Source of the DNA: an uncultured Bifidobacterium sp.
Lineage (GTDB): Bacteria; Actinomycetota; Actinomycetes; Actinomycetales; Bifidobacteriaceae
Assembly: GCF_959020155.1 (NCBI RefSeq)
Contig: NZ_CAUERC010000003.1
Location: 72,902 to 136,901 of the forward strand
DNA: 64,000 bases
Reading direction: 5' to 3'
Positions within the stretch are counted from its first letter, which is position 1. Each line of letters starts with the position of its first letter. The position numbers and the translations under genes were made by a program. Of the stretch, positions 30,044 through 40,194 are shown in pieces. The notes under the pieces are model-generated. The model ran no database searches and had not been told where the DNA came from. It was given only the letters and a program-made list of their open reading frames with translations.

Positions 30044-30763
30044 TTAGAAGAAGTTGAGCGCGCGGGCCACTTCGTCGACGATGTCGAACATGGCCTTGCG
30101 CGCACGTTCCGGATCGCCCTTCGCTATCGCGTCGGCGACCGCATCGTGCGCGTCGAGCGCGGCCGGCTTCGGCTTCATCGGGTATTTGCCGAGTTCCACA
30201 CGGCCGCGCAGCACGGTGGCGATGGTGTCGGCAAGCGCGGCGAACAGTTCGTTGCCGCTTTCGCGCAGTATCAAAGTATGGAATTCCACGTCCAGATCGT
30301 GGAATTTGGTCAGGCCGACAGCCCCCTCTTCGTTTGATTCGGCGATTTGGCGCATCTGCGCCGCGTAGACGGGGAATTTCGCCTTGACGTCGATGGAGGC
30401 GAGGCGTGCCGCCGAGGCCGCCGCAGCCGGTTCGACCGCCAATCGCAATTCGGTCAATGACGACAGCTGCCGCTCGCGCTGCGTGGAGTGGAGTCGCCAT
30501 TCGATGACCTGATGGTTGAGCGCCTGCCAGTCGGAGAACGGCCGCGCCACCAATCCGACGCGTCGGCGCACCGTCACCGCACCCATGGATTCCAACGTTT
30601 TGGCGACTTCGCGCGCCACGGTACGGGAGATGCCGAAACGGTTCTGCACGTCTTCCAACGTCAAGCTTTCACCGGCCGGCCATTTGCCGTCCAGCATTTC
30701 GATGGCCAGCGTGCGGCACACTGCATCCTGCAGCAGTTCGCCGCCGTTTTCGTTTCCTGCCAT
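30044..30763 (-). CDS. gntR: GntR/FadR family regulator of the gluconate operon
   Basis: wHTH FGISRTVAREV; FCD domain ELRLAVE, DVEFH, SGNE; divergent from gntK. Confidence 0.85.
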   Translation of the reverse strand: MAGNENGGELLQDAVCRTLAIEMLDGKWPAGESLTLEDVQNRFGISRTVAREVAKTLESMGAVTVRRRVGLVARPFSDWQALNHQVIEWRLHSTQRERQLSSLTELRLAVEPAAAASAARLASIDVKAKFPVYAAQMRQIAESNEEGAVGLTKFHDLDVEFHTLILRESGNELFAALADTIATVLRGRVELGKYPMKPKPAALDAHDAVADAIAKGDPERARKAMFDIVDEVARALNFF

Positions 30764-30931
30764 CCACAATTCCTCTCGTTGTGCGTGCAAATCTTTTTTC
30801 AGGTTTTTGCGACACGCCGTATACGATTGCCGTTCGCGTGACGTCCGAATAATTACCCCCGCACGATTCGCGCGATTTGCCGCCGATTTGTACTACCTAC
30901 AGCATAGCAAGTCGCATGATTATTTTTATTC

Positions 30932-30975
30932 GTAGTACTTTTAACTTGACTAGTACTACCTTTCATAGCTATATT
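30932..30975 (+). promoter_or_regulatory. gntK promoter with overlapping palindromic operator
   Basis: GTAGTACT-N12-AGTACTAC inverted repeat (30932-30959) spanning TTGACT (-35, 30946); TATATT (-10) at 30970. Confidence 0.65.
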
Positions 30976-31033
30976 GATGTCATCGCCGATGCGAAGTGGC
31001 ACTGGCAATACAGCAGAGTTCAAGGAGGACAAC

Positions 31034-31570
31034 ATGAGCATTCACGTAGTGGTGATGGGTGTTGCAGGATGCGGCAAATCCACCGTGGCAGAAGCCATTC
31101 ACGAACGTCTCGGATACGTGTACGCGGAGGGCGACGACTTCCATCCGCAGGCCAACATCGACAAGATGAGCGCAGGCATTCCGCTGACAGACGAGGACCG
31201 TTGGCCGTGGCTCAAGGTCATCAACACCTGGATGGTGGCTCGCGAGGCGCTGGACGAGAACACCGTGGTCTCCAGCTCCGCCCTGAAGCGCAGCTACCGT
31301 GAGGTGCTCGCCCAGAACGTTCCCACCTTCTTCGTGCATCTGACCGGCTCGCAGGAACTCATCCAGCAGCGTCTCAACGAGCGCAAGGGCCACTTCATGC
31401 CGCCGGCACTGCTGCCGAGCCAGTTCGCCATTCTTGAGCCGCTCCAGCCAGACGAGAACGGCGTGGAAGTCTCCATCGAAGGCAGCGTCGAGGAAATGGT
31501 CGAACGTGCCGTCGCCGCAGTGAACGAGTACGCGGCGAAGGTGGCCTCGCAATCGCAGCAAGCCGAGTGA
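31034..31570 (+). CDS. gntK: Gluconokinase
   Basis: MGVAGCGKST, EGDDFHP..NIDKM..G.PLTDEDRWPWL, HFMP..LL.SQF..LE; AAGGAGG SD. Confidence 0.93.
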   Translation: MSIHVVVMGVAGCGKSTVAEAIHERLGYVYAEGDDFHPQANIDKMSAGIPLTDEDRWPWLKVINTWMVAREALDENTVVSSSALKRSYREVLAQNVPTFFVHLTGSQELIQQRLNERKGHFMPPALLPSQFAILEPLQPDENGVEVSIEGSVEEMVERAVAAVNEYAAKVASQSQQAE

Positions 31571-31652
31571 ACGGCGCAAGCCGCAACACAGCGCAAAATA
31601 ATCGCACATAACTAAAAATCGAAAGAGAAATTCAACGAGTCAAGGAGGATTC

Positions 31653-32981
31653 ATGAATCTCATCGCAGCGGCGATCATCGGCATCGCCGTCATCGTTCTT
31701 CTCATCGCGGCATGCAAGGTGCATCCGTTCCTGTCCCTGCTCGCCGGCTCATTCGTCATGGCCGTGTGCGCGGGCGTGCCGTTCGACAAGGCGTTCGATA
31801 GCTTCACTTCCGGCGTCGGCGGCACGATTTCCAACGTGGGCCTGCTTATCGCGTTCGGCTCGATCATCGGCACCATCCTGTTCAAGTCGGGCGGTGCGGA
31901 CACCATCGTCGACACCATCATGGCCAAGACACCGTTGCAGCGTCTGCCGTGGGCCATGGCACTGATCGCGTTCATCGTGGGCATCCCGATGTTCTTCGAG
32001 GTCGGCGTGGTCATCCTCATCCCGGTGGTGCTGTTCGCCGCCCGTCGTTCCAAGTCCCCTGTGGTGCTGCTCGGCATCCCGGCCCTCGCCGGCCTGTCCA
32101 CGCTGCACGCCTTCGTGCCGCCGCACCCCGGTCCGCTGACCGCCATCGGCGCGCTGAACGCGAACCTCGGCATCACCCTGGCCCTCGGCCTGATCGTGGC
32201 CATCCCGACCGTCATCATCTCCGGCCCGCTGTTCGGCAGGCTCGCCGCCAAGTGGGTTCCGATCGCAGCTCCGGAGAACGAGGCTGAGGCCGAAGCTCCG
32301 AAATCCGCGGAAAACCGCCCGTCCTTCGGCACCGCCCTGTCCGTGATCCTGCTGCCGGTCGTGCTGATGCTCGCCGCGTCCATCGTGGATCTGACCGGTC
32401 AGAACACCACCGCCTGGGGCCGTGTGATCGCGTTCCTCGGCACCCCGCTCGTGGCACTGCTCATCACCACCGTCTTCGCCATGGTCGCCCTTGGCTACAT
32501 GCAGAAGTTCTCCCGTGACGCCGTCAACGGCATGGTCGGACAGTCCTTCGGCTCCGTGGCCGGCATCATCCTGATCGTCGCCGCAGGCGGCGGCTTCAAG
32601 CAGACGCTGGTCGACTCCGGCATCGGCGACGTGATCGCCAACTCCATCACCGAATCCGCCATGAACCCGCTGATCGCAGGCTGGCTGGTGGCCGTGCTCA
32701 TCCGTCTCGCCACCGGTTCGGCAACCGTGGCGACCGTCACCGCCTCCGGCATCATGGTGCCGCTCGCCGCCGGCATGAGCCCGACCCATCTGGCACTGCT
32801 GGTGCTGGCCATCGGCGCAGGCTCCGTGTTCTTCTCCCACCTCAACGACGCCGGCTTCTGGCTGGTCAAGGAATACTTCGGCATGAGCGTGGGCCAGACG
32901 CTGAAGACCTGGTCGCTGATGGAAACCATTCTGTCGGTGGTCGGTCTGGGCTGCGTGATGCTGCTCTCGCTGGTGCTTTGA
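31653..32981 (+). CDS. gntP: GntP family gluconate:H+ symporter
   Basis: PPHPGP, IRLATGSATVA, SHLNDAGFWLV and TLKTWS signatures. Confidence 0.93.
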   Translation: MNLIAAAIIGIAVIVLLIAACKVHPFLSLLAGSFVMAVCAGVPFDKAFDSFTSGVGGTISNVGLLIAFGSIIGTILFKSGGADTIVDTIMAKTPLQRLPWAMALIAFIVGIPMFFEVGVVILIPVVLFAARRSKSPVVLLGIPALAGLSTLHAFVPPHPGPLTAIGALNANLGITLALGLIVAIPTVIISGPLFGRLAAKWVPIAAPENEAEAEAPKSAENRPSFGTALSVILLPVVLMLAASIVDLTGQNTTAWGRVIAFLGTPLVALLITTVFAMVALGYMQKFSRDAVNGMVGQSFGSVAGIILIVAAGGGFKQTLVDSGIGDVIANSITESAMNPLIAGWLVAVLIRLATGSATVATVTASGIMVPLAAGMSPTHLALLVLAIGAGSVFFSHLNDAGFWLVKEYFGMSVGQTLKTWSLMETILSVVGLGCVMLLSLVL

Positions 32982-33167
32982 CGCACTGAACGCAGCAATC
33001 GCAACCACACTCACATAACCCAAAACATAACCAAAACTTGCCGCCCGCAAAGCTTGCCGCAACCTTCTTTTCTGCGTTGCGGAAGGCGCGGGAAGCCAAC
33101 GGGCGGCATCAATCCTTATTCAAAATCGCAAAAACTTTTCAACCATTTTTAGAGAAAGAAGCACATC

Positions 33168-34061
33168 ATGCAGTTGGGAATGATCGGCCTGGGACGTATG
33201 GGCGGCAACATGGCGAAGCGCATCGCGGCGGCAGGGCATGAGGTGGTCGGCTACGACCACTCCCCCGAGTCGGACCGCACCGTGGCAAGCCTGAAGGAAC
33301 TGGTGGCCGCGCTGAAGGCCCCGCGTCTGGTGTGGGTCATGGTGCCGGCCGGTGAAGCGACCGACAGCACCATCAACGAGCTTGCCGAGCTTCTTCAGCC
33401 GGGCGATATGATCATCGACGGCGGCAACTCCCGTTACACCGACGACGCACGCCACGCGGCCGAACTGGAGCCGAAGGGCATCCATTTCATGGATTGCGGC
33501 GTCTCCGGCGGCGTGTGGGGCATCGACCGCGGCTACGCGCTTATGGTTGGCGGCAGCCAGGGGGACTTCGAGAGCGCGCGCCCGATTTTCGAGGCACTTA
33601 AGCCGGAAGGCGATTCCGGACTGGTGCTGGCCGGCCCGGTGGGCGGCGGCCACTTCGCCAAGATGGTGCACAACGGCATCGAATACGGCATGATGCAGGC
33701 CTTCGGCGAAGGCTTCGCCACCATGGTGAAGTCCGATCTCGTTGAGGATCCGGCGGCCGTGATGAGCTCCTGGAGGGACGGTTCCGTGGTGCAGTCCTGG
33801 CTGCTCGACCTGCTGGCCATCGCCTTCAAGTCCGACCCGACGCTCAAGTCCATGCCACCGGTCGCCAACGAGTCCGGCGAGGCGAAGTGGATGATCGAGG
33901 CGGCTCTCGAACTCGGCGTGCCGACCCCGGCCACCGCGGCCGCACTGTACGCACGTCAGACCTCGCGCGGCGGCGCCGACGACATTCTGCGCGTCGTGTC
34001 CACCATGCGCGCCCAGTTCGGCGGCCACGTCACCAAGATCGACGAGATCGCCACCCACTGA
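33168..34061 (+). CDS. gnd: 6-phosphogluconate dehydrogenase, short (decarboxylating) type
   Basis: IGLGRMG, MVPAG, IDGGNS, GVSGG, KMVHNGIEYGMMQ, MRAQFGGH; 297 aa. Confidence 0.92.
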   Translation: MQLGMIGLGRMGGNMAKRIAAAGHEVVGYDHSPESDRTVASLKELVAALKAPRLVWVMVPAGEATDSTINELAELLQPGDMIIDGGNSRYTDDARHAAELEPKGIHFMDCGVSGGVWGIDRGYALMVGGSQGDFESARPIFEALKPEGDSGLVLAGPVGGGHFAKMVHNGIEYGMMQAFGEGFATMVKSDLVEDPAAVMSSWRDGSVVQSWLLDLLAIAFKSDPTLKSMPPVANESGEAKWMIEAALELGVPTPATAAALYARQTSRGGADDILRVVSTMRAQFGGHVTKIDEIATH

Positions 34062-34110
34062 CGGATTCACGCATTAACCGATTCAGATTCCTTCCTTCCC
34101 CATAACAGAC

Positions 34111-34146
34111 TTCGCCCGGAGCTGGACCCCACCAGCTCCGGGCGAA
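34111..34146 (+). terminator. Hairpin after gnd
   Basis: TTCGCCCGGAGCTGG / CCAGCTCCGGGCGAA inverted repeat; weak U-tract. Confidence 0.65.
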
Positions 34147-34205
34147 CCTGTATCAACGCACACGGTCCCGTCAGACAGTCGGCTTGCCGCCCCACAATCC
34201 TGCAC

Positions 34206-34393
34206 TATCTCGCTTATAGATGGCGGATTTTCCAAATCGCCCCACGGTATCTCGCTTATAGATGGCGGGGTCCTACAGCAAAAAGCCGGTTAGGGGCAAT
34301 ATCCATACCCTCCAACCGGCTTTTCCCCGCATCATCCGCCATCCATAAGCGAGATGGCATCAGGCACGAGAGCGAATCCGCCATCTATAAGCG
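34206..34393. repeat. Symmetric REP/MITE-like element with central hairpin
   Basis: TATCTCGCTTATAGATGGCGG at 34206 and 34248; inverted copies starting at 34336 and 34378; central AAAAGCCGGTT...AACCGGCTTTT. Confidence 0.88.
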
Positions 34394-34419
34394 GAATATA
34401 GGCGAAATACGCGAGCGGC

Positions 34420-35610
34420 TCAGCGGCCGTACACCTCGTGCACGAATTTCTCAAGCGCCGCGATGGAACGCTCCACCTTCTCCGTGTCGATGCAGTAGGC
34501 CATGCGGAAGTAGCCGGGCACGCCGAAGCTGTCGGACGGCACGAGAATCAGGTCGTAATCCTTGGCCTTCATGCAGAACGCGTTCGCATCCTCCTCAAGC
34601 GCCTTCGGGAAGATGTAGAACGTGCCGCCGGGGCGCACCACGTCGAAGCCCAGACGGGTCAGCGCGTCATACAGCAGGTTCATGTTGGTTTCGTAGACGG
34701 ACAGGTCGCTCGTCTCGTCCACCACCTTGGCCACGGCCAGCTGCGCGGTGGAGGACGGGCAGTTGTGGCCGGTGCCACGGCTGATCTGGCCGCACATCGG
34801 CACGATGAGCTTGGCGTCGGTGGCGCGCGGATTCACCGCCACATAGCCGATGCGCTCGCCCGGCAGTGACAGCGACTTGGAGTACGAGTAGCACGAAAGC
34901 GTGTTGTCGTAGAACTTGCTCGGATACGGCTGCTCGCCGCCGTCGAACACGATCTCGCGGTACGGCTCGTCGGAGATCAGGAAGATGTCGTGGCCGTATT
35001 CAGTCTGCTTGGCGTTGAGCACCTCGGCCAGGCGGGTCAGCGTTTCGGCGGAATAGACCGCGCCGGACGGATTGTTCGGGGTGTTGATGAGCACCGCCGC
35101 GGTTCCCGGGTTCAGCGCCTTTTCGAAGGCCTCAAAGTTGATCTGGAAGTTCTCAGTGTCCGCGGGCACCACGGTCAGGTGCGCGCCGGTGCCGTTCACA
35201 TACGGCTGGTATTCCGGGAAATACGGGGCGAAGGTGATCACCTCGTCACCCGGCTTGGTCACCACGCGCAGCGCGTGCGCCAACGCGCCCGCCGCACCCG
35301 TAGTCGGGAAGATGTAATCAGCCGTGTAATCCATGCCGAAGCGGCGGTTGAGGCTGTCGGCGATCGCCTTGCGCACCGACGGAATGCCCAGGGAAGGCGA
35401 ATAACCGTGCAATGCCACTGGCTCGGCCGTCTTGTACAGGTCGATCACGGCGTCCGTGTAATCCTGCGGGCACGGCACGCTCGGGTTGCCCAGCGAATAG
35501 TCGAACACGTTCTCATAGCCGATTTCGGCGCCGCGCGCGGTCGCGTATTCGCTCAGCTCGCGGATCACGGATTTGCCGCCGAGCATGGCCTTGTAGGCTT
35601 CGTTGATCAT
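34420..35610 (-). CDS. PLP-dependent aminotransferase, class I/II (aspartate aminotransferase-like)
   Basis: SLGNP, NTPNNPSG, SDEPY, SYSKSLSLPGERIGY (PLP lysine). Confidence 0.92.
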   Translation of the reverse strand: MINEAYKAMLGGKSVIRELSEYATARGAEIGYENVFDYSLGNPSVPCPQDYTDAVIDLYKTAEPVALHGYSPSLGIPSVRKAIADSLNRRFGMDYTADYIFPTTGAAGALAHALRVVTKPGDEVITFAPYFPEYQPYVNGTGAHLTVVPADTENFQINFEAFEKALNPGTAAVLINTPNNPSGAVYSAETLTRLAEVLNAKQTEYGHDIFLISDEPYREIVFDGGEQPYPSKFYDNTLSCYSYSKSLSLPGERIGYVAVNPRATDAKLIVPMCGQISRGTGHNCPSSTAQLAVAKVVDETSDLSVYETNMNLLYDALTRLGFDVVRPGGTFYIFPKALEEDANAFCMKAKDYDLILVPSDSFGVPGYFRMAYCIDTEKVERSIAALEKFVHEVYGR

Positions 35611-35714
35611 GGAACAACCTCCCTGTCGTGCTGTTGTATGCGTCTGACGCGCCCCGAAAGAGCGCCGCTACAGACGTTTCTACCACCGAAAAGTCACGAC
35701 ATGTGGCACACGGC

Positions 35715-36395
35715 TCACTGTGCGGCGGATTGCGACGCCTGGTCGTCCTGAGACGTCTGCCCCGGCACGAAACCGCTGCTGAAGATGCGCTTCCAATACC
35801 CCAGCATGTCGGTTTTGGACATGGACATGAACATGCCCGTGGCCAACACCGCCAAGTCCTCGTTGAACACGGCGTCCATCGGCAGCTGCTCATGGAGCTT
35901 CGGCCAACGGCGCAATACCGCCAGCATGCCCCCTACGGTGAAGTCGAGCATGAGATCGGTTTTAAGGTCGAGGTGGTCGGCGTCAAGCCCCAGCACGGAG
36001 ATCAACGTGAGCCTGCCGAAGTCCCGCAGGGATTCGACGAGTTCCGGCGAGCTGTGCGGTCCGGCGAGCAGCGCGAGCCGGTCAAGACGCCGACGCTGTT
36101 CGGGCTCGCGTAGCAGCGCGGTGACATGCTTGCGCCATTCGTTGTCGGGATTGAAATTCGCGTTGGGCGCGCTGGGAAGCGGTGTGTTTTCCACGGCGTG
36201 CAGAATGGCGGAATCGGCAAGTTCCGGCAAGCCCGTGAAATGGTAGTAGAAGGAATTACGATTCACATCCGCCGTACGTACGATGTCGGTGACGGTGATT
36301 TTACGATATTCACGTTCGGATAGCAGTTCCCAGAACGCGTTTTCGAGACGTTCCTTGGCTGGCAGGATCTCCGAATCCCGGCGTGGACGTGGCAT
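35715..36395 (-). CDS. TetR/AcrR family regulator
   Basis: ITVTDIVRTADVNRNSFYYHF HTH. Confidence 0.9.
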   Translation of the reverse strand: MPRPRRDSEILPAKERLENAFWELLSEREYRKITVTDIVRTADVNRNSFYYHFTGLPELADSAILHAVENTPLPSAPNANFNPDNEWRKHVTALLREPEQRRRLDRLALLAGPHSSPELVESLRDFGRLTLISVLGLDADHLDLKTDLMLDFTVGGMLAVLRRWPKLHEQLPMDAVFNEDLAVLATGMFMSMSKTDMLGYWKRIFSSGFVPGQTSQDDQASQSAAQ

Positions 36396-36550
36396 GGCTC
36401 CCCCTATTTTGTACCGTCGATTTAAAAGCGCAACGCGAATTACTATACAAGTTGTCTAGAACAAACTGCACAGCATGTCGCATTAATAGCGATTGCCACC
36501 CACCGCAACGCTTCACCGCACACCACTGCGTCACGACCTCCGCGCTACGT

Positions 36551-37759
36551 CTACTTGCGCCGCACTTTCGGATTGCGGGCAAGAGCGGCCTGCAACATAA
36601 TCGCCAGCGCCTGGTTGAGATTGCGTCGATCCTCACCGCTCAACCCAACGTACGTGCCAAGCATTTCGGGAATGACTTTCGGCCCGGCCGCCATCATGGC
36701 GGAAATACTGCCCGCACCGGACGCTTCGAGCACGGCAAACAACGCGTCCACCGCACGCTCGCGCTGCTCCTTGGACAGGTTGGCAAGCCACTTGTTCAGC
36801 GCTTTGTTGAAGGTCACCGAACTGCTGGCCACATCCTCGACTTTGTCGAATTCACCGCCGTGCATCTGCCAGGAGAACACGAAATGCTGCATGATGCCTT
36901 CCACGTCGGATTTGACCACCATGCACCGTTCGGGGGTTTCCAGCACCATGCCCACCACCGACGAATCCGGAACGATTTTGACGATGCGGTCGCTCACGCT
37001 TGCATATTCGAAGCTGTTCACCACAGATTCGGGGAATCCCGGCCCGTCCAGCGAGTAGATGCGTTCGACGCGGTCCTTCACCTCGTCCGATGCGTTCATT
37101 GCCGCGTACACGGCCAGATTGCCGCCCTTGGAGTGGCCGGTGAGCACGATCGGCGCGTCCTTCCACAGCGCGGCGACTCTGGCCAGATAGTCGGCGGCGG
37201 TCGCTTGCGCCGGCACCGGATACTGGAAGGCCATGTTGAAATCCTCCTTCCAGCCGACCAGCGAATCGTCGGTGCCCCGGTACGCCACCACAAGCGCGCC
37301 GGACGGCAGCAGGTAGGTCACCGCGGCGAACTGCGTCTGCTCTTCGCCGTCGAACTGCTCAAGAAACGCCCCCATTTCAATGTCGGAGAACCGCGGATTC
37401 GAGGCGACGGCATGGTAGAAGTCGTGCGTCACCTGCGGATCGACCAGTCCCACGTTCTCGACGTCATGGTCGGGCACCGCCTGGTCGTGGTTCAGTTCGT
37501 CATCGGCGCGTGCGATGGTCACGCCGTTGAACGGGAGCTTACGCAACATATGCAGCGAACGGATCGGCCGGCGTACGTCGAACTGCTTCACGCGATCGCG
37601 CAACGTGCCGTATTTCGATTCGACGTCATCCAATCGCGGCACACATTCCGGCACGTCGTCGTACGATAGCTGCGCGAGCACGAGCGCGTCGGCTTCGCGG
37701 AACGGACGTGCGTCGAAACCGCGCGTTTCCGTACGCGCGTAGTCGATGATATTGCCCAT
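36551..37759 (-). CDS. DUF2974 (Mbeg1-like) alpha/beta-hydrolase, copy 1
   Basis: DALVLAQLSY, QFAAVT, YRGTDDSLVGWKEDFNM, GHSKGGNLA nucleophile elbow, DGPGF. Confidence 0.88.
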   Translation of the reverse strand: MGNIIDYARTETRGFDARPFREADALVLAQLSYDDVPECVPRLDDVESKYGTLRDRVKQFDVRRPIRSLHMLRKLPFNGVTIARADDELNHDQAVPDHDVENVGLVDPQVTHDFYHAVASNPRFSDIEMGAFLEQFDGEEQTQFAAVTYLLPSGALVVAYRGTDDSLVGWKEDFNMAFQYPVPAQATAADYLARVAALWKDAPIVLTGHSKGGNLAVYAAMNASDEVKDRVERIYSLDGPGFPESVVNSFEYASVSDRIVKIVPDSSVVGMVLETPERCMVVKSDVEGIMQHFVFSWQMHGGEFDKVEDVASSSVTFNKALNKWLANLSKEQRERAVDALFAVLEASGAGSISAMMAAGPKVIPEMLGTYVGLSGEDRRNLNQALAIMLQAALARNPKVRRK

Positions 37760-37943
37760 CGCACACCCCTTTTCCGCAGCCGTCATTATTCCACGTTCCA
37801 TTATGCGCCAGTTCTGCACTGTCCTGCGTCAGCGAACGGGATAATCCTCAAACCAGCGACCCCCCACCCTTTCCACGTGCCACGATTTCACATTTTCTAC
37901 GAACATTTGCGAATCGCGACGCTTCAGAAGGCCTTCGGGCTGG

Positions 37944-39149
37944 TCAGCCTTCACGCACCACCCTCGCCGCACTCGCCGGAATCGCCTTGACTACGGCTTT
38001 GATAAGCTCCCGAGTCTCCCGGTCGGTACCGCGCGCGGCCGCCACGATCTTTGGCAGCGAATCCGTCCAATTCGCCATCAGATCAGCGATATTGCCATAG
38101 CCCGCAGCCGCGAAGATCTCGTAGATCTGGTCAATAGCCCGCTCACGCTGCTTCTGCCCCACAGTGTCGAGCCAATCGTCGAGCGTCCTCTTGATGAGCT
38201 GCGCAGTCACCGTCAACTCGTTCTCACGCTCGAAATCGCCGTTTTCCGCCACTTGCCAGCTATTGCCCATATGTTGCATAATGCCGACGGCGTCCGCCTT
38301 GACAACGATTACTTTCGCATTCGATTGCAGCAGCATGCCCACGACAGACGATTCGGGCACGGTTTTGCGGATCCGCGATTCCACCGTCCGATACGCCTGA
38401 CCGCGCACCATCGATCCCGGCAGGCCCGGCCCATCATGGGAGAAGATACGGGCGATCCGCACGTTGCGTCCCGGCACCGGCCCACCCAAGGCTGGCAGCA
38501 GCCCAAGCCGCCGCGCACGTTCGCCGGCGGCCTCAATATCGTCATGAGCCACCTGCATGGCCGCATATACGGCCATGTTGCCACCTTTCGAATGGCCGCC
38601 AAGCATAATCGCAGGCGATCCTTCCGATGACAGGAAACCTTCCGACCTGTCCAGAATCGAATCCACATACCGATACGCGGATTCCTGTGACGGTACCGGA
38701 CAGCGCACTGCCATATTGAAATCCTCCTTCCATCCGACAAGCGTGCCGTCGGTGCCTCGGAAGGCGATATACAGCAAGTCGGGTGAACCGCAGCCCACGT
38801 CGAACGTCATCGCGGCGAACTGCTGCTGGTCGCGCTCGCTCAATCGTTCCGCGTATTCGCCAACGCGTAACGCGCGGAATCGCGGCGATTCGCAGACGGC
38901 GTGCAGCAACGCGAGCCGGTAATCGTTCATATCGGAGGAATTCGAAACGAACATCTCGTCATAGCTTTCGGCGCGCAGCAATTCACGAATCGACACCGTC
39001 GCCACCGACTTCGCCTCACCGAACGTGGGCACCAGATCCGTCAATCGCATGTAGGACAATTCGGACAGCACCAGGGAATCGACGTCGCCGAACGGCAGCT
39101 CGGCGAACCCACGGAATTCACGGCGCACATAATCCAACACATTGCCCAT
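37944..39149 (-). CDS. DUF2974 (Mbeg1-like) alpha/beta-hydrolase, copy 2
   Basis: DSLVLSELSY, QFAAMT, FRGTDGTLVGWKEDFNM, GHSKGGNMA, DGPGL. Confidence 0.88.
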   Translation of the reverse strand: MGNVLDYVRREFRGFAELPFGDVDSLVLSELSYMRLTDLVPTFGEAKSVATVSIRELLRAESYDEMFVSNSSDMNDYRLALLHAVCESPRFRALRVGEYAERLSERDQQQFAAMTFDVGCGSPDLLYIAFRGTDGTLVGWKEDFNMAVRCPVPSQESAYRYVDSILDRSEGFLSSEGSPAIMLGGHSKGGNMAVYAAMQVAHDDIEAAGERARRLGLLPALGGPVPGRNVRIARIFSHDGPGLPGSMVRGQAYRTVESRIRKTVPESSVVGMLLQSNAKVIVVKADAVGIMQHMGNSWQVAENGDFERENELTVTAQLIKRTLDDWLDTVGQKQRERAIDQIYEIFAAAGYGNIADLMANWTDSLPKIVAAARGTDRETRELIKAVVKAIPASAARVVREG

Positions 39150-39268
39150 CGCGCAACCCTTTGATCAACCATAGCGATTTCGGATTCCATTATGCGGCAC
39201 AATCCACGGACGCGGCAATCAGACAATCACAAGTTTCGGGCAATATCCCATGTGTAGACTAGGCAGCC

Positions 39269-40057
39269 ATGGATCCAGTTGAATTTTTCACACAATGGCT
39301 TGCCCGAAACTACGGCAAGCTCATTCTGCTCGCCGTAGTGCTTGTCGTCGCAGCGCTCATCGACAAAGCACTCACCAAAGTAGTGCGCCGCATCCTTGAC
39401 AAATCACAGGTGCCGAACGCCTCCATCTTCGTCAACATCCTGCGTGTGGTGGTATGGGCATTCGCCATCGGCACGCTGCTGCAACCGGTGTTTGGAATCA
39501 ACCCGACCACCCTGTTCACCGCACTCGGCATCGGAGGTCTTGCGGTGTCGCTTGGTCTGAAAGACACAATCGCCAATGTGATCGGAGGCTTCGGCCTTAT
39601 GCTCGGCCGCGTCATTCAACCGGGCGACTACGTCAAAGTCGCAGGTATCACCGGCACCGTCAAAGACATCAACTGGCGTCAGACCATCGTCCGCGAACGC
39701 AACGGCAACGAAATGGTCATCCCGAACTCCATCCTCAACACTGCATCACTGGAAAAGCTCGATCCATCGAACGAATGCCTGGTGTCAGTACCGTTCACCG
39801 CCAAAGCCGGCGTCGACGTGGAACATATGAAGGCCGACATCATCGAAACCGTGCAACAGGCCACGGCAAGCCTTGCCAATCCGCTGTACAAACCGGTGGT
39901 GAAGCTCAACGGATTTACCCCGTACGGCATTGACGGCACGATCTACGCGTTCGCGAAAAACGACCTGCTGCTGTCCACGATGGTGGACGCGGTGGCGCAG
40001 GCGATCGCGCACGCCGACTATCTTGAGCATCGCGCGGTCAGCGGCAGCGCGGAATAG
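39269..40057 (+). CDS. MscS family mechanosensitive channel
   Basis: Three TM segments, GLAVSLGLKDTIANVIGG, PGDYV, GTVKDINWRQT, IPNS. Confidence 0.9.
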   Translation: MDPVEFFTQWLARNYGKLILLAVVLVVAALIDKALTKVVRRILDKSQVPNASIFVNILRVVVWAFAIGTLLQPVFGINPTTLFTALGIGGLAVSLGLKDTIANVIGGFGLMLGRVIQPGDYVKVAGITGTVKDINWRQTIVRERNGNEMVIPNSILNTASLEKLDPSNECLVSVPFTAKAGVDVEHMKADIIETVQQATASLANPLYKPVVKLNGFTPYGIDGTIYAFAKNDLLLSTMVDAVAQAIAHADYLEHRAVSGSAE

Positions 40058-40085
40058 GACAGCATAGAAAACGGCATTGAACGGT

Positions 40086-40125
40086 TGAAGGCCGGTCAGA
40101 GGAACGTATCCTTGACCGGCCTTCA
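40086..40125. terminator. Hairpin between convergent genes
   Basis: TGAAGGCCGGTCA / TGACCGGCCTTCA. Confidence 0.65.
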
Positions 40126-40194
40126 TCATCTCCATGCAGATGTCCGCATCGTTCACGTCGCCTGCGTCGCCGTCGTCGTCCGGCAAGCAGTCGT

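Noticed and set aside
34206..34393. Possible mini-CRISPR (21-bp repeats with 21-bp spacers)
   Set aside because: Only two direct copies followed by inverted copies; no leader and no cas genes.
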